A model generated the notes under the pieces. That model was given only the letters and a program-made list of their open reading frames with translations. It did not search any database and was not told where the DNA came from. The position numbers and the translations under genes were made by a program. 64,000 nt of DNA from Phyllobates terribilis (lineage: Eukaryota), in the NCBI RefSeq assembly GCF_046119375.1, contig NW_027362761.1, positions 980,902,001 to 980,966,000 of the forward strand, written 5' to 3'. This document shows, piece by piece, positions 24,537 through 35,456 of this stretch (positions are counted from its first letter, which is position 1; the number at the start of each line of letters is the position of its first letter).

Positions 24537-26166
24537 AACACAGGTCTGCAAGGGTAAAATTGTTTGAAAAGAGGTGATTTTTATATACTTTCAATAGTTG
24601 AACTCAGTAAAAATATTGAAAGAATTCCATCACATACAGTTTTACATACCTGTCCCTTCACCTCCAGAGAAACTTGAAGATACATCTGATTCAAAACATG
24701 AAGAGCAGGATTCCTGCAAAGACTTTCACGCTAGTCCCAACAAGCCACATCTTTTTTCACAGCTCGAATTTAATGATTTAGTCAGGGACTTGGACCTTTC
24801 TAAACATTCTGCAGAACTTTTAGGCTCTAGACAAAAGGAAAAGAACACGCTAGCTCCTGGTACCCGTTTTTCATGGTACAGAAGCAGAGAAAAGGTATTC
24901 CTTCCATACTTTTCTCAAGACGGTGCTCTGGTGAATTGCAGTGATACTCCTGCGCTGATGGAAAAATTTTACGTTAAGTACAATGTGAGCGAGTGTTGAC
25001 TATTTATTCATCCCCCAAAAAGTCTGAAAGCTGTGCTACTGCAGCAGGTATGCTTCAGTGCCTGTAGGGAATTCTGTGCACTTGAAGGAAAGCCATGAGA
25101 ATTTAGACTTTATTCTAAAAAAAAAACTTAACTACAAGGATTAAGGATGGACAATAAATGGTGATCTGAAAGTTCCCTCTTTGACTCTTGGGCAACAAGA
25201 AGGATACACAAAGTACCCATACTTTTTGGGTGAATGGGATAGCCAGGATACGACTCATCACTGGAGCCAAAAAATTTGGCCAATAAGAACATCTTAGCAA
25301 CCTGGACTCAAGAACATAGTTTAGTAAAGTTTATTTGATCCCACTAAAGTTCTCCACCACTCCACATTAAGCTTGGACTGATTAAGTAGTTTGTGAAAGC
25401 TCTACCGAAAGAAGGAGAGACTCTTAAGTACCTGTGTACCAAGTTTCAAAGGACTGTCCGAAGCAAAACTGAAGGCAGTTTTTGTGGGTCCGGATATTCG
25501 GAAACTCATGAAGGATGACGTGTTGGAAACAAAAATGAAAGGGGTTGAGAAAAGAACTTGGGATTCTTTTAAAGAAGTTGTGAAGAAATTTCTAGGTAAC
25601 AACAAAGACCTCAAATTTAGGTCCATCGTGGAGAGTATGCTGAAATGTTTCAAAGACTTGGGTTGTCTGATGAATTTGAAGTTACATTTTTTACATTCAA
25701 AATTTGAACTACTTTCCTGAAAACCTTAGGTGCTGTTAGCGAGCAAGGAGAAAACTTTCATCAGGAAATCAAGGAGATGGAACAACGATACCAAGGTAGA
25801 TGGAATGTGAACATGATGGGGGACATCTGCTGGATGCTTCATAGAGAAGATTCGCAGGCTTTCTATACATATTAGAAAAGATATCAAGAGTAGGTTTAAA
25901 GAGAAATTGAAAAGGCATAAGAATTAATTTCCAATAAGGTTGCAGAATGAATGTTCAATAAATCTTTATATAAAATTTTGTGCACATTTTTGGCTACAAT
26001 AAAGTTTTTCCTCGCATGCATGTACATTCACATACGTTTTGTGCGAAATCCATATGTGATGGTTAAAAATAGAAGTGTTTTTTGAAATCAGGGTTTAAGA
26101 ACACATAAGAATCAGTCATTGGATTCTAAAAAAAATTCTCATACTCAAATTTTGCATACCTGTGTG
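24537..26166 (+). mobile_element. Chapaev3-like (CMC) DNA transposon remnant, internally deleted
   Basis: Broken frames: PHLFSQLEFNDLVRDLDLSKHSAELLGSR, KSLKAVLL, PLHIKLGL, FVGPDIRKLM, MNLKLHFLHS, FHQEIKEMEQRYQGRW; short TIRs (A/C)ACACAGGT(C/A)TGCAA. The family name is from recall of these motifs. Confidence 0.75.
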
Positions 26167-26178
26167 CTCGAGTATTAA

Positions 26179-26684
26179 AGAAGTTGCCTGGTACTTTTTC
26201 TTTTTTTTTTTTAATTGCCCAATGTATTCAGCATGTGGGCATAAGTATATTTGTAAATACCTTGTGTAGCTGATAATGCCTGTGAGCGGCGCTATCGGTG
26301 GATGCTCACAGGCATCACGTGACCCCGCGCTGATGTTACAACAAGTGAATCGTGACTCAGTGCTGGGGTCCCCGCGCGCTTTCCCAATGAATGATGAATG
26401 GGGAGAGGGAGAGCGCGCGGTGGATGCTGGGCGTGACTCGGGTGGGCGGGGTAACTCCACCCACAACCCAGCAGCCACCGGTGGAAAGCGGAAGAGGGAC
26501 CCTTGACTGCAGCCTGGACTTGTGACATCAGCGCCTGCAGCAGCCGGGGGTCACTTGATGCCTGTGAGCGGCCAGTGATCGGGCCGCTCTCTGGCATTAT
26601 CTGCAACATAAGATATTTACAGATATACTTATGCTCACATGCTGAATACATTGGGCAACTTAAAAAAAGTACCGGACAACCCCT
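26179..26684. mobile_element. TTAA/T2-type palindromic MITE
   Basis: TTAA on both sides; the two arms are reverse complements (ttgcccaatgtattcagcatgtg / cacatgctgaatacattgggcaa). Confidence 0.8.
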
Positions 26685-27688
26685 TTAATGCAATTGGTGG
26701 AGGTCGCAACACAGATCTAAAGCTGATTACAAATTATTACTTAATCAGTGGATTGGTGGTAATTTTTGTAAACTGGAATAACCCTTCAAAGTGAACCCAT
26801 GATGACAACATCATAATGAACAATCAGAAGCAGCCGAAGCTACATAAAGTACTGCCATATACCAGGGGATTGTATACACTTGCTGTTCATAAGTTTTGTT
26901 TTTCTCCTCCATGACATTAATACGCACCCACAATTTACTATATTTGGATGTGCACCAAACAATTTACCGTAATCACTACACACACAACCTCACGCAACAT
27001 ATGAGTCAGATCTTAAGATTCCTGTGTGCCCCAGTTAACAATGTCAGCCACAGAGTAAGAGTAAGTAAATACTGGTGATATAACAGCACTGGACACGCAG
27101 TCATTTCTTCAAGTATGAAGTTTTATCAAGTTTTTAAGTTATCCCCTGCACTCAATCTCTATGAGAGATGTGCTTGGCTACCTCTGGCAGTCCCAAAAAG
27201 AATGAATAGTGTGGAGGAAGCAGAGACCAAGCACATGCTTGGTCTCTGCTTCGTTCAGACAGGGCTTTGCAGAGCCACGTTCTCAGAAGCGGTGGGGAGG
27301 CCAGTGTTTGGACCCCCAGCAATCAGCAAGTTATTCCCTATCCTATGAATGCGGGATAACTTAAAAACTTTTCACAAATTCTTGTGACAGGTCCTGTCAC
27401 TAGATTAAAAATGACCAGTTTTTGTCCTTATTATATCCCTGCTGTTCACCTGAGTGTTCTTCTGTTTTCATGAATCAGGAGCGTCTGACTCCAGCACGCC
27501 TCCTCATCACGACCGGCATGAACGCCGGACTTTGATACATTGGGATCAATATATTCTTCAAATTTGCACCGGAAAAGATGACTGTTTGCACATATTTCTT
27601 TTGCCGTTATATGAGCATAGACAAATTGAGTTGTAATTTGAAGAAAAGTAAAAAGTATCTAACTTCATGCAAGATATGCCAAGTCTAA

Positions 27689-30241
27689 GGCTGTGCCCAC
27701 GATGCAGAAATGCTCAGGATTTTTTCCTGAGCGTTTCTGCATCTCCCTGTCAGAACAAAACACATGCGGATTGTACATGCGTTTTCCTGCCAGGGACATG
27801 TGGAAGTGAAGCGTTCTTCACATGCATTTCCGCATGCGGGTTGACAAGCCCTTTCCAAGCGATTTTAGCATCACTTGGAAAGTGCTTGTCAACTTGGTCA
27901 CACTATATAAATCCATGCAGACAGCATGGATTTATATACTGTGACCAAAAGAATGGTAAAAAAATAAATACATACAGTTATATGAAAAAGTTTGGGCACC
28001 CCTATTAATCTTAAGCTTAATGTTTTATAAAAATTGGTGTTTTTGCAACAGCTTTTTCAGTTTGATATATGTAATAACTGCTGGACACAGTAATGTTTCT
28101 GCCTTGAAATGAAGTTTATTGTACTAACAGAAAATGTGCAATCTGCATTCAAACAAAATTTGACAGGTGCATAAGTATGGGCACCTCACCAGAAAAGTGA
28201 CAGTAATATTTAGTAGATCCTCCTTTTGCAAAAATAACAGCCTCTAGTCGCTTCCTGTAGCTTTTAATGATTTCCTGGATCCTGGATGAAGGTATTTTTG
28301 ACCATTCCTCTTTACAAAACAATTCCAGTTCAGTTAAGTTTGATGGTCGCCGAGCATGGACAGCCCTCTTCAAATGATCCCACAGATATTCAATGATATT
28401 CAGGTCTGGGGACTGGGATGGCCATTCCAGAACATTGTAATGGTTCCTCTGCATGAATGCCTGAGTAGATTTGGAGCGGTGTTTTGGATCATTGTCTTGC
28501 TGAAAGATCCATCCCCTGCATAACTTCAACTTTGTCACTGATTCTTGAACATTATTGTCAAGAATCTGCTGATACTGAGTGGAATCCATGCGTCCCTCAA
28601 CTTTAACAAGATTCCCGGTGCCGGCATTGGCCACACAGCCCCAAAGCATGATGGAACCTCCACCAAATTTTACTGTGGGTAGCAAGTGTTTTTCTTGGAA
28701 TGCTGTGTTTTTTTGCCGCCATGCATAACGCCTTTTTGTATGACCAAACAACTCAATCTTGGTTTCATCAGTTCACAGGACCTTCTTCCAAAAAGAAATT
28801 GGCTTCTCCAAATGTGCTTTTGCATACCTCAGCCGACTCTGTTTGTGGAGTGCTTGCAGAAACGGCTTCTTTCGCATCACTCTCCCATACAGCTTCTCCT
28901 TGTGCAAAGTGCGTTGTATAGTTGACCGATGCACAGTGACACCATCTGCAGCAAGTTGATGCTGCAGCTCTCTGGAGGTGGTCTGAGGATTGTCCTTGAC
29001 TGATCTCACCATTCTTCTTCTCTGCCTTTCTGATGCTTTTCTTGGCCTGCAACTTCTGGCCTTAACAAGAACTGTCCCTGTGTTCTTCCATTTCCTTACT
29101 ATGTTCCTCACAGTGGAAACTGACAGGTTAAATCTCTGAGACAGCTTTTTGTATCCTTCCCCTGAACAACTATGTTGAATAATCTTTGTTTTCAGATCAT
29201 TTGACAGTTGTTTTGAGGAGCCCATGATGCCACTCTTCAGAGGAGATTCATACAGGAGAACAACTTGCAAGTGGCCACTTTAAGTAGCTTTTCTCATGAT
29301 TGCAAACGCCTGGCTATGAAGTTCAAAGCTCAATGAGGTTACAAAACCAAAAAAAGGGCTTTAGTAAGTCAGTAAAAAGTAGGTAGGAGTATTTAAACCA
29401 AGAAAATGATAAGGGTGCCCATACTTATGCACCTGTCAAATTTTGTTTGAATGCAGATTGCACATTTTCTGTTAGTACAATAAACCTCATTTCAAGGCAG
29501 AAACATTACTGTGTCCAACAGTTATTACATATATCAAACTGAAATAGCTGTTGCAAAAACACCAATTTTTATAAAACATTAAGCTTAAGATTAATAGGGG
29601 TGCCCAAACTTTTTCATATAACTGTATATACTTACCCTCTGATGGCCCACGGAGTCTTGCTTCCCTCCGTTCTCCCTTTCCGACAGCGGTACACTGAAGG
29701 ACCTGCCGACGTCAGCGTCGCGTGACCCATCACATGACTATGACGTCAGCGTCGCGTGACCCATCACATGACTATGACGTCAGCGTAGGTCCTTCAGTCC
29801 ATCGCTAGATGCCGGCATGAAAGGACGAGTGCAGCGGGGGCCACCAGAAGGTAAATATTTATTTTTTATTTTATTCTTTTTTTCACAGTTTTCTGTGGTA
29901 CCCGGATCCGGAGGAGAGTCTCCTCTCCTCTAGACCTGGGTACCATCCGCACATTGGAACGCGTGCATTCCGCAAGTCCTTATCTAGTGAAGCGGAATAC
30001 ATGCGTTCTAATGCAAGTCAATGGCGGCAAAAACGCAGCACTTCCGCAAAATAATTGCTAGTGCTGCGTTTTTTTCCGCAATGGTAATCTTCAGCGGAAA
30101 TTTCCACAGCATGTGCACAGTACATGCGGATTATCATTGGGGAACATGGCAGGCCTTCTACCATGCGTTTTTTTTAAGCGTTTCTGCAGTGTTTTTGCCG
30201 TTGCGGAAACGCTTAAAAAAACGCATCGTGGGCACACAGCC
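27689..30241 (+). mobile_element. Harbinger MITE family A, copy 3 (interrupted by a Tc1)
   Basis: TAA TSDs; the two halves join into a family A element once 27975-29624 and one TA are removed. Confidence 0.8.
27975..29624 (-). mobile_element. Young Tc1 transposon with near-intact DD34E transposase
   Basis: TA TSD; ~210-bp TIRs with 3 mismatches by eye; MGSSKQLSNDLK...KVL*TDETK...FQQDNDPKH...SPDLNIIE...AKGGSTKY in one frame. Confidence 0.95.
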
Positions 30242-30262
30242 TAACAGTATGTGCCAGTCTAA

Positions 30263-31151
30263 GGCTATGTGCCCACAATACGGAAATGCTCCGGATTTTT
30301 CCTGAGCGTTTCTGCATCTCCCTGGCAGAAAAAAAGCATGCGGATTGTACATGCGTTTTTCCTGCCAGGGACATGCGGAAGTGAAGCGTTCTTCACATGC
30401 ATTTCCGTATGCGGGTTGACAAGCGCTTTCCAAGCGATTTTAGCATCACTTGGAAAGTGCTTGACAACTTGGTCACACTATATAAATCCATGCAAACAGC
30501 ATGGATTTATATAGTGTGACCCGAGAGAATGTCAAAAAATAAAAAATAAATCTATACTTACCTTCCGATGGCCCCCGCAGTCTTGCTTCACCGTCCCGGC
30601 TAACGGCAGATCGCGATACACTGAAGGACCTGCCGACGTCAGCGTCGCGTGACCAGTCACATGACTGATGTCAGCGCAGGTCCTTCAGTCCATCGCGAAC
30701 TGCCGGCATGAGAGGAGTGTATCGGGGGCCGCCAGAAGGCAAGTATATATTTATTTTTTTTTCATTTTATTCTTTTTTTGTTTTTTTTTTCCTTCATACA
30801 GTTTTCTATGGTACCCAGGTCCGGAGGGGAGTCTCCTCTTCTCTAGACCTGGGTACCATCCGCACATTAGAACGCATGGAATGTGCATCTACATATACAG
30901 TGATGCGTAATCCATGCGTTCTAATGCAAGTCAATGGCGGCGAAAATGCAGCACTTCCGCAAAATAATTGGTAGCGCTGCGTTTTTTTCCGCAATGATAA
31001 TCCGCAGCGGAAATTTCCGCAGCATGTGCACAGCACATGCGGATTATCATTGGGGGACATGGCAGGCCTTCTACCATGCGTTTTTTAAGCGTTTCTGCAG
31101 CGGTTTTTCCGCTGCGGAAACGCTTAAAAAACGCATCGTGGGCACACAGCC
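30263..31151 (+). mobile_element. Harbinger MITE family A, copy 4
   Basis: TAA TSDs and TIRs; homologous to copies 1-3. Confidence 0.82.
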
Positions 31152-33147
31152 TAAATTTGGAGTATCTTGTGGTTATGTGCTTTACACTGTCTAACTATTG
31201 GGGACTGATACAGCTGTGGATTCTCTTTATGTTAAAAAAAAGGGTCCTGCTAATACTTGACTGGAATAGTGTAGTACACTACCATCTCTTCTATTACAGG
31301 GTGCTGACTTATCAGCCAGAGTACAGATGTAACTAGATTAAAGGAACACTGACAAATTATATAGTTTCCTCCATTTGTAATGTAAATGAGGTAAATATGA
31401 TTCGTCTTCTGCTAAATAACAAAAAAAAAGTAAGAAAATTTAGAGCAACATGAGAGCTCCTCTACCGATACCAACTTTATATGAGCCCACTGTTCCATAA
31501 TCTCTGTGTGCAATACACTTAATTCTAGGTGTGAAAAATAAAGTTATAATCCTTGCTTGCACTATGTAGATTACATAGGACTAATCGGTGGAGCAATGTT
31601 CCCCCAGACTAGTCAGGCCGAGGATCTCAGATCCACATCCAGCACGGTGATGACGTCACCATCAGGTCTCTGCAATTCTCAGCACATCCGTGTAATGTTT
31701 TTCCCCGGCTTCAATATGCATGATCAGGTAGGCAAGCTCAGAGATCTGCAGGGCCCCAATAATGACATCACACCTCTGAGCTGGATGTCAATCACCCCCT
31801 TGGAAGCATGGTTACAAGACCTGAGAGGGGACTAGTATGGGAGAATTAATGCCCCTCCAGACTAATCCTGGCTTATTTGCATACCGGAAGCCAGATTTAT
31901 AACTGTTTTTTACACACAGAAAATATAATCACACATGAAGGAGTTTATTGCAATGCAGCAAAGGGCTTCTGTAAAATCATAATGGTGGTTTTAGATGGGT
32001 AGGGGGTCATCTGAGGAAATAAACCAGACTTTAGCGCTAGTCAGATCAGCTCTTTTCTGTGGAGGATGCTGGATGAATGGCTTAGTTAGCCATCAACGCC
32101 AGACCCATTCTCCATGGTAGATGATGTAAAGAAGGAGTCTGGTTTAGGTGCTGAACTGTACTCGATGGCTAGCGCCTTTCATGCACGTTGACTTTTTATC
32201 TATCTGGTCAACCCCTTTAATATTAGGAAGAGCCTGCAATGAACCTTGGGGCTTGCCGCTTATGCTTATTCCAACACAGGGGCTCAGTCCATGGTGGCAG
32301 TGTACCCCATCTCCATACGGTAGTAATATGTATAGGTGAACCCAATACAAGTGGAGACAGGAGAGGCAGCGGTCTGATAAACCATGTAGATATCAAAATG
32401 CAAAAATGTTACGGTTGTGTAAAACTGGCATTAGGAATCCGTGAATCACGTACGGGTTTTATCTGTGGCTTTCATGAATAAAAACACGCACCCATTATAG
32501 TCTATGATGCTAGCCACACGTCTGTGGGTTTGTTTGTTTTTTTTGAGTCACAGAATAGAATGACTCATTCAAGTCTGTGTGTCCATTAAAGTCAGACACC
32601 ACACGTTACCATCATAGTGCAGTCCATGATTAACACTAATGTATAGGAGAAGCATAGTCATTTATTTTTTCATAGGTGAAATTCACGGATGAAACACTGA
32701 TGGGAGAACTGACCAAACCCTGATGACACTTTGACCATATTTTTGTATGTGAAAAATAACATGTCTAAATGAGGCCTAGCCCCCCCAGCACATTAGATTA
32801 CAGCTGGCCATATCCACCAACAATCTAATGTATATGGGGCCCTTGATGTCAGGGGAGTTAAAGGTAGGGTTCTTTGAATGTAAATGTCTGTGGGGGGTTT
32901 ATTGCTGTTCGGGAGATAAGTGGCCACAGGAGCCGTCTGGCAGCGGCTTTCTGTGTTATCCCCATGTTCGGCCAACAATGTAGCATGTGTATGGCCAGGT
33001 TTAGGCCTGGGTCACATGAGAGTATTATATATTGTAAGGATTCACCCTCTCTGGTGGGCATTAGGCAGCGTTCACACAGGCAATGCAATTTTGGTCCAAA
33101 CACATGCAGTTTTTATTGCTTTCCACAGCACCAAAACAACCAACTCA

Positions 33148-33890
33148 TCTACTATATAATCAGCTTATCCCGTCTGTCTGTCCATCCAGGAAATCCCGCG
33201 TCGCAGATTGTCCACGGCCGGACCAATCAGCGACGCGGGATTTCAGAACAAGATGGCGGCCGTTAGCGGCTCATCTGCCGCATGGAGGTCAGCGGCGATG
33301 CAGCTGGGAGATGACCGGCGCAAGCTGGTCATCTCCCGGCTGCTCGCAGCAGAAGTACCCCGACCGGTGGCCTAGGCGGAGCCGCTCCCTGGTCCTCCCT
33401 TCACACTTGCCGTCGGGAGATCAGCGGCCTTAGCCGCAGCGGAAGTACCCGCACAGCCAGCGCCGCTCCCCGGTCCTCACTAACACGCTTCTCTGATTAG
33501 TCGCGGCCGGCTGGCCGGGACCAATCAGCGACTGGCGCAGTAAGGCCGCGAATTGGCGCCGGATTTGAAACACGCAGGCCACCGTCGGGAGATCAGCGGC
33601 GACGCAGCCGGGAGATGACCGGTGCTCGTAGCAGAAGTACCCCGACCGGCGGCCTCGTTCCCCGGTCCTCCCTTCACACTTGCCGCGTGGTCAGCGATGT
33701 TGTCACAAGCAGTATTGACAACATGAAGTAATTACAGAATTCATTAGGGGCCCTGGGGGGAATACATTGGGGGGTTAATTTAAAGTAGTGCACAACCCAT
33801 TTAAAACACTGCTTCGCTGATTAGTTGCGCCCGGTTGGCCGCATACATATTCTAGAATACCCAATGCGTTAGAATCAGGCCACCATCTAG
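33148..33890 (+). mobile_element. Non-autonomous Helitron
   Basis: A|TC 5' end (TCTACTATATAA), CTAG|T 3' end, subterminal imperfect hairpin at 33859-33882, no TSD. Confidence 0.8.
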
Positions 33891-34101
33891 TAAAACATAA
33901 ATCCCTAGCCTTGTTCAGGCGCTAACTAAACAGTACAGACCCTGGCTACTCATACACGGCTGAGCTAGCCCCATAGCCCCAGCTCGGTCACACAAGACAG
34001 CTATTGTCCATAGCAACCAGTGATTGTGGTTCTCTGTACACGGCCGGTGCAGACTCTTCTCAGAAAGGGATTCCAGCCTCAGCTACTTCCAGACTGACTT
34101 A

Positions 34102-34846
34102 CCGTATTTTTCGGACTATAAGACGCACATTTTTCCAAAATTTTGGAGGAAAATGGGGGGTGCGTCTTATAGTCCGAATGTTGAGGGGGGGGTGTGTATA
34201 TATATGTCAAGTGTGGGGGGAGCGGTAGCAGTGGAGGAGCGGGGCACAGGAGGCAGCAGCCGCCCGCTGCAGCCTACACTGTCCCCGCTGCTAAAGAAAA
34301 TGAATATTCACTGCTCCACATGCCCATGCATACCAGGACGGGGATGAGGGGTGCCATGCATACCAGGATGGGGATGACGGGGTGGCATGCATATCAGGAC
34401 AGGGATGAGGGGTGCCATACATACCAGGACAGGGATGAGGGGTGCCATGCATACCAGGATAAGGATGAGGTGTGCCAGGCATACCAGAATGGAGGGATGC
34501 CAGGCATACCAGAATGGAGGGATGCCAGGCATACCAGAATGGAGGGATGCCAGGCATACCAGAATGGAGGGATGCCAGGCATACCAGAATGGAGGGATGC
34601 CAGGCATACCAGAATGGAGGGATGCCAGGCATACCAGGATGGGAACCACGTATAAAAGGAAGGGGGGGGCATAATACCAGGATGGGGGATATTGTCAGAA
34701 TTGGGGGACATTACCCCTATACCAGTGTAAGCAGAAGACCCTCTCCCCCTTAAAAGTGCATCATGACCACATTTTTTGCTTAAATTTTTATTTTTTTATT
34801 TTCCTCCTCTAAAACCTAGGTGCGTCTTATGGTCCGAAAAATACGG
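34102..34846. mobile_element. Tc1/mariner (pogo/Tc2-type) MITE with an internal minisatellite
   Basis: TA TSD; CCGTATTTTTCGGAC(T/C)ATAAGACGCAC TIRs; 30-bp then 25-bp tandem units at 34320-34640. Confidence 0.85.
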
Positions 34847-35456
34847 TATGTATGGAGATGGCTACTCTTAGTTTGCACCTGTACACACCAGTCCTCTTAT
34901 TTGGAAGTGCCATTCAGTCCTTGGTTATTTGTATATTGGCTCTCTGACCACTCCAGCCATCAGCCTGTGGCAGTTTTAATTAGAGCAGGATCCTATCAAC
35001 CCATATAAATATAGGCTATCAGCCAGGAGAGGAACCACATTAGATTAGGTTCCCAGCAAAGAAGGTCTCCTTGTCGTTGCCTGCTAGGTACACATGACTT
35101 GGCCAAAATATGTGTTAAGTATCTTCGTTTTTTCCCATTTTCTATAGCAGTAATGCAATTCAAATTTCATATATTTCATGGTTACATGCTATAGCACTAC
35201 AGAGTGAAACTTTGTTAGTTACATCCAGCCTGAATAACTCCCCAGTCACTCCATACTCTGCTACAGCACACATCTTGACTGGTCACTTCACCAGTCTTCT
35301 CAAATTCCACTCTGCTACATCCAATTCATGGTTATTAACATCACACTGCAGGTACACTTCCAATCAAGACCTGTGGTGCTAGGACTTAACCCTGTCCTTC
35401 GCACGTATGCTACAAAAAAATATAATATCCATCTATATCATGAAAGATATATATAT

